DNA of 64,000 nt from Thermoplasmata archaeon (lineage in GTDB: Archaea; Thermoplasmatota; Thermoplasmata; Lutacidiplasmatales; UBA184): the NCBI GenBank assembly GCA_035502455.1, contig DATJUI010000015.1, positions 50,249-114,248 of the forward strand, given 5' to 3'. Positions 44,633 to 53,458 of the stretch are shown piece after piece. The notes under the pieces were generated by a model that was not told the origin of the DNA, searched no databases, and was given only the letters and a program-made list of their open reading frames with translations. Each line of letters starts with the position of its first letter. The stretch's first letter is position 1. A program made the position numbers and the translations under genes.

Positions 44633-44651
44633 CGCCCCGCGCTGGGGGAGC

Positions 44652-45365
44652 GTGGGCGATTCGCTCGAGGGGCTCCGCCGGGAGATCGTCGAGTGCCGCC
44701 GATGCCCCCGGCTCGTCGCCTACCGCGAGCGGGTGGCGCGCGACCGCAAGAAGGAGTTCCGCGCGCAGAGCTACTGGGGCCGGCCCGTGCCGGGATTCGG
44801 GGACCCCCGCGCCCGGCTGGTGGCGGTCGGGCTCGCCCCGGCCGCGCACGGCTCGAACCGGACCGGCCGGGTGTTCACGGGGGACCGGTCGGCCGCCTTC
44901 CTCGTCCGGGCGTTCTACGAGGCCGGCCTCGCGAACCAGCCCACCTCGACCCATCGGGGAGACGGCCTCCGGTACCGCGATCTGTACCTGACCGCGGCCG
45001 TCCGCTGCGCGCCTCCGGACAACCGGCCTACCCCCGAGGAGCGGGTCCGGTGCGCCCCCTACCTCGAGCGGGAGCTGCGCCAGCTCCCCGAGGTACGGGC
45101 GATCCTCGCCCTCGGCGGGTTCGCCTGGGACGCGGTCCGCGACCTCGTCCCCCCGGTCTACGGCGTCGCCCGTCCGAACGTGGCGTTCGCGCACGGCGCC
45201 TGCGCCCCGCTCGGTCCGGGGAAGCCGATGCTGTGGGCGTCGTACCATCCGAGCCCGCAGAACACGCAGACCGGCAAGCTGACCCCGGCGATGCTGACGG
45301 GCCTCCTGCGCACGATCCAGGGATCGTACGGGGCCGCCCCGGTGGGTCCGGGGCGGCACGCTTAA
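44652..45365 (+). CDS. udg: Uracil-DNA glycosylase, family 5 (UdgB-like)
   Basis: CRRCPRL (motif A region), GLAPAAHGSNRTGRVFTGD (family 5 GLAPA motif) and the late HPSPQN motif. Confidence 0.8.
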   Translation: MGDSLEGLRREIVECRRCPRLVAYRERVARDRKKEFRAQSYWGRPVPGFGDPRARLVAVGLAPAAHGSNRTGRVFTGDRSAAFLVRAFYEAGLANQPTSTHRGDGLRYRDLYLTAAVRCAPPDNRPTPEERVRCAPYLERELRQLPEVRAILALGGFAWDAVRDLVPPVYGVARPNVAFAHGACAPLGPGKPMLWASYHPSPQNTQTGKLTPAMLTGLLRTIQGSYGAAPVGPGRHA

Positions 45366-45377
45366 CGCGCGGGCCGC

Positions 45378-47333
45378 GTGGCCGCTGGGATGGTCGACTT
45401 CGAGCTCCTCGAGCGCGACGGCCTCGCGCGGCTCGGCCGGTTCTCGACCCCGCACGGGACGGTCGAGACCCCGAGCCTCCTCCCGGTCGTCCACCCGGAT
45501 CCGGCGCGGCAACCGGTCGCGCCGACGCGCATGCGCGAGGAGTTCGGGCTCCGTGCGCTGATCACATCCGCGTACATCACCTGGCGGACCCCGCCGCTGC
45601 GGGCGGTGGCGGAACGCGACGGGATCCACGGACTGGTCCATTTTGACGGGCCGATCATGACCGACTCGGGCGCCTTCCAGCAGCACGCCTACGGCTCGGT
45701 CGAGGTCGGCCCGGACGAGATCATGGACTTCCAGCAGCGGATCGGTTCCGACATCGCGACGGTGCTCGATCGCTTCACCGAACCCGAGTCGCCCCGGGCC
45801 GCGGCCGAAGCGGCCCTCGCCGAGACGCTCGACCGGGCGGTCTCCGCCCGGGCCCGGCACCCCGGCCTCCTCGCCGTGCCGATCCAGGGGGGCGCCTTCG
45901 ACGACCTCCGGGTCCGCTCGGCCGCCGCCGCGAGCGAGCTCGGCGACGTGCTGGCGCTCGGGGGCGTCGTTCCGCTGCTCGAGCAGTATCGGTTCGTCGA
46001 TCTCGCGCGCGCCGTCGCGGCCGCGCGTCCGTCGATCACCCCGGGCGCGCCGCTGCACCTGTTCGGCGCCGGGCACCCGCTCGTCTTCGCGTTCGCGGCG
46101 CTCGCCGGGGTCGATCTCGTCGACTCGTCGGCCTACCACAAGTTCGCCCGGCGCGGCGAGCTCCTCTTCTCCGAGGGGACCGTCGCGCTCGATGACGTAC
46201 GCGAGGAGATCTGCCGGTGCGCGCTCTGCCGCGAGCGACCGCTGCCCGAGCTGCGGCGGCGGCCGGCGGCGGAGCGGGAGGCCCACCTCGCCGCGCACAA
46301 CCTGCTCGTTTCGTCCGAGGAGATGGCGCGGGTCCGCCAGGCGATCCGGGACGGCACCCTGTGGGAGCTCGCCGAGCGGCGGGCGACCGCCCACCCGGCC
46401 CTGCGCGCCGGCCTCGAGGAGCTCGCGCGGCATCCCGAGATCTTCCTTCCAGTGGAGCCGGAGTCGCGGCGCGCCTTCCGCGAGACGGGACCGGGTTCGC
46501 TCGGTCGGCCGAGCGCCGTGCGGTTCCGTCGTCGCCTCTCCGCCTTCGGTGGCTCCGCCCCGACGGCGCACCGCGTCCCCCGGGTCGCGCTCACTCCCGA
46601 GTTCCTCGGCCGGATCCCGCCCGACGATCCGAACGGGCGTCCGGTCCGCTGGGAGGTCGACTCCCCGTTCGGCCCGGTGCCGATCGAACTGTCCGACCTC
46701 TACCCGGTCGGCCCGTTCCTCGGGATCTCCGAGTTCCTCGGGGAGCGGCGCCGCACCTCCCCGGGCGAGCTCGGCCGCATCGCGGCCGCCGAACGGGGCG
46801 CCACGCCCTCCCCGGACCGCGACTGGTCCGCGGAGTGGGACCGGCGGCAGGTCGACGCGCTCCTGCGCTGGCAGTACGGCCCGGAGGTCGCGGCCGGCCT
46901 GGGGGCCGAACTGACCGCGGAGCGGTCCCGCCGGACGGGGCGGATCCGCCGGCTGGTCGCCGGGCACGCCCCGTGGTTCGTCGTCGGGGACGACGGCCTC
47001 CCGCGGCCGACGTTCCGCGGCGCGACGCGCCTCCACGCCCTGTGGACCCACGGGGAGCGCCGCGTCGCGGTCGCCGACGACGCGGTCCCGTTCGTCCGGG
47101 CCGGGCGGAGCCTGTTCGCGCGGTTCGTGGTCGGGGCCGACCCGGCGCTGGTGCCCGACGCGAGCGCCCTCCTCGTCGACGGGGACGACGCCCTCCTCGC
47201 GGTGGGCCGACTCCTGCTCGCGCCGCACGAGATCCCTCGGTTCCGTCGGGGGGTCGCCGCCCGGGTCACGAGCCACGCGGCCGCGCCGGACGTCGCCGAC
47301 GACGCGCCCGACGCGCCCGAGTCGGACCGGTGA
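45378..47333 (+). CDS. tgtA: Archaeosine tRNA-guanine transglycosylase (ArcTGT) with C-terminal domains
   Basis: RLGRFSTPHGTVETP, FDGPIMTDSGAFQ (TGT catalytic core), zinc site CRCALCRE...H; 651 aa. Confidence 0.85.
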   Translation: MAAGMVDFELLERDGLARLGRFSTPHGTVETPSLLPVVHPDPARQPVAPTRMREEFGLRALITSAYITWRTPPLRAVAERDGIHGLVHFDGPIMTDSGAFQQHAYGSVEVGPDEIMDFQQRIGSDIATVLDRFTEPESPRAAAEAALAETLDRAVSARARHPGLLAVPIQGGAFDDLRVRSAAAASELGDVLALGGVVPLLEQYRFVDLARAVAAARPSITPGAPLHLFGAGHPLVFAFAALAGVDLVDSSAYHKFARRGELLFSEGTVALDDVREEICRCALCRERPLPELRRRPAAEREAHLAAHNLLVSSEEMARVRQAIRDGTLWELAERRATAHPALRAGLEELARHPEIFLPVEPESRRAFRETGPGSLGRPSAVRFRRRLSAFGGSAPTAHRVPRVALTPEFLGRIPPDDPNGRPVRWEVDSPFGPVPIELSDLYPVGPFLGISEFLGERRRTSPGELGRIAAAERGATPSPDRDWSAEWDRRQVDALLRWQYGPEVAAGLGAELTAERSRRTGRIRRLVAGHAPWFVVGDDGLPRPTFRGATRLHALWTHGERRVAVADDAVPFVRAGRSLFARFVVGADPALVPDASALLVDGDDALLAVGRLLLAPHEIPRFRRGVAARVTSHAAAPDVADDAPDAPESDR

Positions 47334-47373
47334 TGTTATCCCGCGATATCCGTAGCTCGTCGTTCGCGGCCCG

Positions 47374-47604
47374 ATGACGAAGACCTTCCTCCTGCTCCAG
47401 CTCGACAGCGAGGGGGCTCCGTACTCCTCGGTCGCCGAGGTCCTCGAGGACCTCGGCTTTCGGCCGGAGACGGAGGGCTACGACTTCGTCTACGACTGGC
47501 AACGGCCCGCGACGATCGACGAGTCGCTCGCGTTCGCCGACCGGATCCAGGAAGCGCTGCGCGGGAAACGCGTCCGGTTCCGGATCGAGTCGACCGACGA
47601 CTGA
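47374..47604 (+). CDS. Small conserved protein of unknown family (paralogue of 7386..7607)
   Basis: 76 aa: LDSEGAPYSSVAEVLEDLGFRPETEGYDFVYDWQRPATIDESL...RVRFRIES. Confidence 0.6.
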   Translation: MTKTFLLLQLDSEGAPYSSVAEVLEDLGFRPETEGYDFVYDWQRPATIDESLAFADRIQEALRGKRVRFRIESTDD

Positions 47605-47623
47605 ACTCGAACCGACCCCGTCC

Positions 47624-47631
47624 GTTATAAT
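47624..47631 (+). promoter_or_regulatory. TATA box (GTTATAAT) upstream of kae1
   Basis: 22-29 nt upstream of the ATG at 47653. Confidence 0.45.
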
Positions 47632-47652
47632 CCGACCCCCGGTTCGCCGCCG

Positions 47653-48639
47653 ATGATCGTCCTCGGGATCGAGTCGACGGCGCACACGGCGTCCGTCGGC
47701 ATCGTCGACGGGACGGCGACGGTCCTCGGGCTCGCGTCGGACATGTACCGACCGCCCGCGGGCGGGATCCACCCGCGCGAGGCGGCGAACCACCATGTCG
47801 AGCGGTTCCCGTCGCTGGTCCGGGGCGCGCTCGAGGCCGCCCAGGTGCGGCCGTCGGAGATCGACGCGGTCGCGTTCGCCCAGGGGCCCGGACTCGGCCC
47901 GTGCCTGCGGGCCGGCGCGACGGTCGCCCGGGTCCTCGCGCTCTCGTGGGACCGGCCGCTCGTCCCGGTCAACCACTGCGTCGCGCACGTGGAGATCGCG
48001 CGCGTGCTGAGCGGGCTCGACGACCCGCTCTTGTTGTACGCGAGCGGCGGTAACACCCAGGTGATCGCCCACGGCCGCGGGCGCTACCGCGTCCTCGGCG
48101 AGACGCTCGACATCGGCATCGGGAACTTCCTCGACAAGCTGTGGATCGACCTCGGCGGGGTCTTTCCGGGCGGCCCGGCGATCGAGCAGGAGGCGAAGCT
48201 CGGGCAGTCGCTCCTGCCGCTCCCGTACTCGGTGCACGGCATGGACGTCGCGTTCTCGGGGATGCTCACCGCCGCGCTCGCGCTCCGCGAGAAGGGGGCG
48301 AGCCGGCCCGACCTCTCGTACTCCGTGGAGGTGACCGCCTACGCGATGCTGACGGAGATCACGGAGCGGGCGCTCGCCCACCGCCGGCGCGACGGCGTCG
48401 TCCTCGGCGGCGGGGTCGCGTGCAACGAGCGGCTCCGCGGGATGGTGCGCGCGATGGTGGAGAGCCGCGGCGGCACGATGTTCGCGCCGCCCCGCAGCCT
48501 CTGCGTCGACAACGGCGCGATGATCGCCTGGACCGGCCTCCTCGGGCACCGCGCGGGGCTGCGCGTCGCCATCGCCGATTCCGCGATCCAGCCCCGCCAG
48601 CGGACGGACCTCGTGGAAACGCCGTGGCGCGGGAGCTGA
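47653..48639 (+). CDS. kae1: tRNA N6-adenosine threonylcarbamoyltransferase Kae1 (KEOPS catalytic subunit), not fused to Bud32
   Basis: LGIESTAHTASVGIVD, HHVERF (metal-binding His pair), GGGVACNERLR. Confidence 0.9.
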   Translation: MIVLGIESTAHTASVGIVDGTATVLGLASDMYRPPAGGIHPREAANHHVERFPSLVRGALEAAQVRPSEIDAVAFAQGPGLGPCLRAGATVARVLALSWDRPLVPVNHCVAHVEIARVLSGLDDPLLLYASGGNTQVIAHGRGRYRVLGETLDIGIGNFLDKLWIDLGGVFPGGPAIEQEAKLGQSLLPLPYSVHGMDVAFSGMLTAALALREKGASRPDLSYSVEVTAYAMLTEITERALAHRRRDGVVLGGGVACNERLRGMVRAMVESRGGTMFAPPRSLCVDNGAMIAWTGLLGHRAGLRVAIADSAIQPRQRTDLVETPWRGS

Positions 48640-48682
48640 GCCGCCCCGGACCCTCCTTATACCGAGCTCCGCTCGGCCGGCC

Positions 48683-49927
48683 GTGGAGACGGTCGACGTC
48701 CTCGTGGTGGGTGCGGGACCCGCCGGCTCCACGGCGGCCGAGGCGCTCGCGCGGGCCGGCCACCGCGTCCGGGTCGTGGAGGAGCACCCTCGGGTCGGCT
48801 ACCCGGTCCAGTGCGCCGGCCTCGTCTCGCAGCGGGTGCTCGATCTCGCCGGCGACCGGTCGTTCGTCCGCCGGCCCGTCGTCGGCGCCTCCGTCTTCGG
48901 TCCGGCGCTCGCCGCGGTGTCGTTCAAGGCCCCGGATCCCCGGGCCTACGTGATCGACCGGGGGGCGCTCGACGTCCACCTCGCCGACCGTGCGGCCCGG
49001 GCGGGGGCCGAGTTCGAGACCGGCGCGACGTTCCGTCGCCGCCGACCCTCGGCCGACGGCCACGAGGCGATCGAGCTGCGCCGCGACGACGGGACGACCG
49101 CCGAGGTCGCGGCCCGGGTCGTGGTCGGGGCCGACGGCGTCGCGAGCGCGGTCGCGCGCGCCTACCGGCTGCGGCGCCCGATCGAGATCCTGCCCGCGTT
49201 CGAGGCCGAGTTCCCCCATAGCCCGGGCGACCCCGACACGGTCGAGGTCTACCTCGGGCGGCGGATCTCGCCCGGGCTGTTCGGCTGGTGGATCCCCGAC
49301 GGCGCCGGCGGGGCGCGCGTGGGGGTCGCCGCCGACGCGGACGGCACCTCCGCGCGCCGCTACTTCGATCGCCTCGTCGCCCGGCTCGAGACGCGGTTCG
49401 GAGTGCGCCTCGCGAGCCCGACCGCGTACCTCGCGTCCGGGATCCCGATCGGCGACGTCCCCCGGACCCACGGCGACCGCGTGGTGCTCGTCGGGGACGC
49501 CGCGGCGCAGGTGAAGCCGCTGTCGGGCGGCGGCATCTTCACCGGCATGCGCTGCGCGGCCCTCGCGGCCGCCGCGATCGACCGCGCGCTCCGCGCCGGG
49601 GACGTCTCGGCGGCCGGCCTCGCGCCGTACGAGGCCGCGTGGCGCGCCGAGTTCGGTGAGGAGTTCCGCCGGGCGCTCCATCTTCGGCGGGTGCTCGCCC
49701 GGCTCACGGACCGCGATCTCGACGCGGTCGTGGAGGCGCTCCGGACCGGGCGCCACGGGCCGACGATCGTGGCGTTCGGCGACATCGACTTCCCGACCCA
49801 CCTCGCGCGGCGGCTGCTCGCCGACTCGCCACGGCTCGTCCGGCTCCTGCCGAAGGCGCTCGGCGCGTGGTTCTCGTCCGGCGACTACCGCACGCCCGAG
49901 CTGGATTTCGAGGTGCGCCGGAAGTAG
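48683..49927 (+). CDS. Geranylgeranyl reductase family FAD-dependent oxidoreductase
   Basis: VLVVGAGPAGSTAAEALARAGHRVRVVEE (FAD Rossmann GxGxxG), VVGADGVAS, GDAAAQVKPLSGGGI. GTG start. Confidence 0.85.
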   Translation: METVDVLVVGAGPAGSTAAEALARAGHRVRVVEEHPRVGYPVQCAGLVSQRVLDLAGDRSFVRRPVVGASVFGPALAAVSFKAPDPRAYVIDRGALDVHLADRAARAGAEFETGATFRRRRPSADGHEAIELRRDDGTTAEVAARVVVGADGVASAVARAYRLRRPIEILPAFEAEFPHSPGDPDTVEVYLGRRISPGLFGWWIPDGAGGARVGVAADADGTSARRYFDRLVARLETRFGVRLASPTAYLASGIPIGDVPRTHGDRVVLVGDAAAQVKPLSGGGIFTGMRCAALAAAAIDRALRAGDVSAAGLAPYEAAWRAEFGEEFRRALHLRRVLARLTDRDLDAVVEALRTGRHGPTIVAFGDIDFPTHLARRLLADSPRLVRLLPKALGAWFSSGDYRTPELDFEVRRK

Positions 49928-50631
49928 ACGTACGCGCCCGCCCCGACCAGGACGACCCCCGCCCCGGCGACCGCGGCGAGCGCCCAGTCGATCCCGTTCG
50001 AGCTCACGAGGACGGCCGTCTCGGCGAGGACGCCCGACACCCCGAGGCGGGTCAGGTTGATCGTCACGCTCCCGTTCGGCAGCTCGGTCGCGTTGGCCCA
50101 CTCGCTCGCGGAGAACCAGCCCCGCGACGCGAGCCGGTAGCCCGTGCCGTTCTCGGTGAACGTGAGGGCCGTCCGGATCGCGTACGTTCCGCTCGGGGTC
50201 GTCGCGGAGGTCGCGATCGCCACGGCGCCCGGGACGGAGGCGTGCGGGGCCACGCTGCCCAGCGAGACGTTCACCGTGGGGCCGGACGCCGTCGCATTGG
50301 CGAGCACGGGAGGGGCCGAGCTCGGCAGCACGCCGGTCGCGTTCCCCGGGAACCCGTTGAAGGCGTACAGGCCGACGGTGAGGACGGCACGAACGAGCGG
50401 CGCGTCGAGCGGATTGCCGACGGTGAACGAGACGGAGCCCCCGCCGCCCGGCGCGAGCGACGGCGCGGAGAGGTTCGAGAGGAACTCCCGGTCGTCGCCG
50501 ATCGGGAGCGGCGGGTAGCCGGCCGCCGGCGCGGCCGCGCGGGCCGCCCCGGGCGCGATCAGCAGCAGCGCGGCGACCGCGAGCGAGAGGGCGAGGGTCC
50601 CGGACCGCGCGAATCGACGCCGGTCAGCCAC
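49885..50631 (-). CDS. Secreted N-glycosylation-sequon-rich protein with a C-terminal TM anchor
   Basis: Signal peptide (LALSLAVAALLLIAPGAARA), about 10 N-x-S/T sequons, C-terminal TM (WALAAVAGAGVVLVGAGAYVYF) plus basic tail. Confidence 0.5.
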   Translation of the reverse strand: MADRRRFARSGTLALSLAVAALLLIAPGAARAAAPAAGYPPLPIGDDREFLSNLSAPSLAPGGGGSVSFTVGNPLDAPLVRAVLTVGLYAFNGFPGNATGVLPSSAPPVLANATASGPTVNVSLGSVAPHASVPGAVAIATSATTPSGTYAIRTALTFTENGTGYRLASRGWFSASEWANATELPNGSVTINLTRLGVSGVLAETAVLVSSNGIDWALAAVAGAGVVLVGAGAYVYFRRTSKSSSGVR

Positions 50632-51517
50632 CGGGCTCCTCCGGGTATCGTCCGCTCTCCGCGAGGGCGACGAGTCGCCGGATCCGCTCGACGGCCTGAC
50701 GACGGCCCCGGGCCCCGCCGACGCCGAGCAGGCCGGCCCCGAGTCCCGACATCGGCGCGACCCGGCTCGCCTTGAAGAGCGCCCGGGCGAGCGCCCGCGG
50801 GTGGTGCGTGAGCTCGACCGCGTCCCAGTCGGCCCGGAACTCCTCGCGCGCGGTCAGGGCGCTCGCCACGTAGCCGAGGACGGGGTCCCAGCGCATCATG
50901 CGGGCGAACGTGCGCAGGAACGTGAGGTAGCGGCCGTCGAGCTCCCGGGCGTGGCCGAGCTCGTGGGCGACGACCGCCGCCTGCTCGTCGTCGGTGAGGA
51001 GCTCGAGGAGCCCCTCCGAGATCAGCACGACGTCGCGGCGTCGGAGGCCGCCGGACGCCCCGCGCTCGAGCAGCGTGAAGGTGAACGCGTTCGGTTCGGG
51101 CCCGGCGTACGAGAGGAGGGAGGTCGGCGTGGCCGGCGCCGCGACGGCGGCCGGCCACGGGAGCGGGCGGGGGCGGAGGGCGAGGAGGAATCCCCGGCCG
51201 ACCGCCTGGCTCAGGAGGAAGGCGGCGAGGAAGACCCCGAAGGCGCCGGCCGCCCCCGCGACCCAGAACAGGTAGTACCGCGACTGGAACGGGGTGAACG
51301 GCGCGCGGGCGAGCACGAGGACCGCGCTCCAGCCCCCGTCCAGCGCGACCCAGACGAGCGCGGTCGTCGCAAAGACGGCCCACCCCGCGACGAACAGCAC
51401 CGCGAGCCGAAGGGCGGTGGCCGACGAGGCACGTCGCACGGCGACGGCGAGGCCGAGCCCCGCGGCGAGCCATCCCGCGACCGGTAGAAGCACCCAGACC
51501 AGGTCGGTCGCCTGCAT
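50624..51517 (-). CDS. BlaR1/M56-like (or M48) membrane zinc metallopeptidase
   Basis: Four N-terminal TM helices then HELGHARELD (HExxH...E). Confidence 0.7.
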   Translation of the reverse strand: MQATDLVWVLLPVAGWLAAGLGLAVAVRRASSATALRLAVLFVAGWAVFATTALVWVALDGGWSAVLVLARAPFTPFQSRYYLFWVAGAAGAFGVFLAAFLLSQAVGRGFLLALRPRPLPWPAAVAAPATPTSLLSYAGPEPNAFTFTLLERGASGGLRRRDVVLISEGLLELLTDDEQAAVVAHELGHARELDGRYLTFLRTFARMMRWDPVLGYVASALTAREEFRADWDAVELTHHPRALARALFKASRVAPMSGLGAGLLGVGGARGRRQAVERIRRLVALAESGRYPEEPGG

Positions 51518-51539
51518 GCCTCGGCTTCGATCCGGCCGT

Positions 51540-51905
51540 TCACTCGAGGCCGAGCCGACGGCGCAGCTCGCGCTCCTCCTTCGGATGGAGCTTCGCGATC
51601 TCCTCGTTCAAGTGGACGACCCCCGCGGGCCCGAACAGGGCCACGACCCCCTTAAGGAGGTTGATGAGGTACTTCTCCTCCACGTTGCCGGTCCGGTAGA
51701 CGTACCGCTCCCCGCCCCGGCAGGTCTCCCGGCGACGCCGGACGAGCCCCTTCGCATGGAGCCGGCCCAGGATCGTGGCGACCGTGGTGTAGGCGACCTT
51801 GGTCCCGCGCTTTTCGAGCGAGGCCCGGACGTCGCGGGCCGGCGCCTCTCCGAGGTCGCGGAGGCACGCGATCACCTGCGCCTCCAGCTCGCCGAGCATC
51901 TCCAC
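51540..51905 (-). CDS. BlaI/MecI/CopY family transcriptional repressor
   Basis: MLGELEAQVIACLRDLGEAPARDVRASL...AYTTVATILGRLHAKGLV is the penicillinase-repressor winged helix; it is immediately upstream of the M56-like peptidase. Confidence 0.8.
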   Translation of the reverse strand: MEMLGELEAQVIACLRDLGEAPARDVRASLEKRGTKVAYTTVATILGRLHAKGLVRRRRETCRGGERYVYRTGNVEEKYLINLLKGVVALFGPAGVVHLNEEIAKLHPKEERELRRRLGLE

Positions 51906-52031
51906 GCGGGGACGACCCGAGCGCCCGCCTTAAGGCATACGGCGGAGACGAACGAACCAGTACGTACCGTGCGATTTCCGGCGGCCCCGACCGTCCGCCC
52001 GGCCCCGCGGGGGCCGCCGCGACGACAATTG

Positions 52032-52039
52032 ACTTATGG
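52032..52039 (+). promoter_or_regulatory. TATA box (ACTTATGG) upstream of the CBS gene
   Basis: 22-29 nt upstream of the GTG at 52061. Confidence 0.35.
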
Positions 52040-52060
52040 GGAGGCCCCCTCGCGGCGCCG

Positions 52061-53458
52061 GTGACCGGGGCCCCCCGCCCGCAGAGCATCCTCGACCTGG
52101 TCGGCAACACGCCGGTCGTCCCGCTGCGCCGGGTGTCGGCGGGCGCCCCGTACCGGCTCCTCGCGAAGCTCGAGTATCTCAATCCGGGCGGCTCGGTCAA
52201 GGACCGCATCGGCGCGTCGATGATCGACGAGGCCGAGCGCAAGGGCCTGTTGAAACCGGGCGGGACCATCGTCGAGGCGACGAGCGGCAACACCGGGGTC
52301 GGCCTCGCCCTGATCGCCGCCGTGCGCGGCTACCGCTCGGTGTTCGTCCTCCCCGACAAGATGAGCTCGGAGAAGATCCGGCTCCTGCGGGCGTACGGGG
52401 CGCGGGTGATCGTCACCCCGAGCCAGCTCCCGCCGGACCATCCGATGAGCCACTACTCCGTGGCCCGCCGGCTGGCGCGGGAGATCCCGGGCGCCTACTA
52501 CCCCAACCAGTACGAGAACCCGGGCAATCCGGACGCGCACTACCGCACGACCGGGCCCGAGATCGACCGGGACGGCGGGGACGACCTTGCGGCGGTCATC
52601 GGCACCGTCGGCACCGGGGGCACGATGAGCGGCGTCGGCCGCTACTTCAAGGAGCGGCGGCCGACGGTGCGGATCGTCGCGGTCGACCCGGTCGGCTCCG
52701 TGCTCGGGCCGTTCTTCCGGACCCACGAGCTCACCCGGGCGGTCCCGTACCAGGTGGAGGGGATCGGCGAGGACATGGTCCCGAAGACGATCCACTTCCA
52801 GTACCTCGACGAGTTCGTGGAAGTGAACGACCGGCAGTCGTTCCAGATGGCCCGTCGGCTCGCCCGCGAGGAAGGGATGTTCGTCGGCGGGTCGGGCGGG
52901 GCCGCCGTCGCCGGCGCCCTCAAGTGGCTCGCCGACCGTCCCGTCCCCGAGGGGTCGACGGTCGTCGTGATCCTCCCCGACTCCGGGGACCGGTACCTGT
53001 CGAAGTTCTACTCGGACGAGTGGATGCGCGAGAAGGGGTTCGTGGAGGTCGGCTCGACGGCGCGGGACCTGATCGGCCGGAAGGCGGGCACGCCGTTCCT
53101 CGTCGCCGCCGATCCGACGACGGTCGTCCGGGACGCCCTTGCGATGCTGCGCCACTACGACATCGCGCAGATGCCGGTGATCGCCGGCACGACGAACGTG
53201 GGCAGCTTCCAGGAGGACGAGGTCCTGCGCCGGGCCCTCGCCGACGACACGGTCCTCGAGCGGACGGTCTCCGCCGTGCTCTCGCCGCCGTTCGCGGAGA
53301 TCGCCGCGGACGTGCCGGTCGGCGAGGTGCTGCACCGCCTCAAGGAGGAGAAGGCCCTGCTCGTCCGGGACGCGGCGACGGACACGCCGATCGGGGTCCT
53401 CACGCGGCACGATCTCCTCGGATTCCTGTCGGAGCAGGAGGGCGGCCATGCGGTTTGA
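52061..53458 (+). CDS. Cystathionine beta-synthase (PLP fold type II) with a C-terminal CBS-domain pair
   Basis: GGSVKDRIGASMI (PLP lysine), EATSGNTGVGLALIAA, GGTMSGVGRY, then a tandem CBS (Bateman) region. GTG start. Confidence 0.85.
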   Translation: MTGAPRPQSILDLVGNTPVVPLRRVSAGAPYRLLAKLEYLNPGGSVKDRIGASMIDEAERKGLLKPGGTIVEATSGNTGVGLALIAAVRGYRSVFVLPDKMSSEKIRLLRAYGARVIVTPSQLPPDHPMSHYSVARRLAREIPGAYYPNQYENPGNPDAHYRTTGPEIDRDGGDDLAAVIGTVGTGGTMSGVGRYFKERRPTVRIVAVDPVGSVLGPFFRTHELTRAVPYQVEGIGEDMVPKTIHFQYLDEFVEVNDRQSFQMARRLAREEGMFVGGSGGAAVAGALKWLADRPVPEGSTVVVILPDSGDRYLSKFYSDEWMREKGFVEVGSTARDLIGRKAGTPFLVAADPTTVVRDALAMLRHYDIAQMPVIAGTTNVGSFQEDEVLRRALADDTVLERTVSAVLSPPFAEIAADVPVGEVLHRLKEEKALLVRDAATDTPIGVLTRHDLLGFLSEQEGGHAV

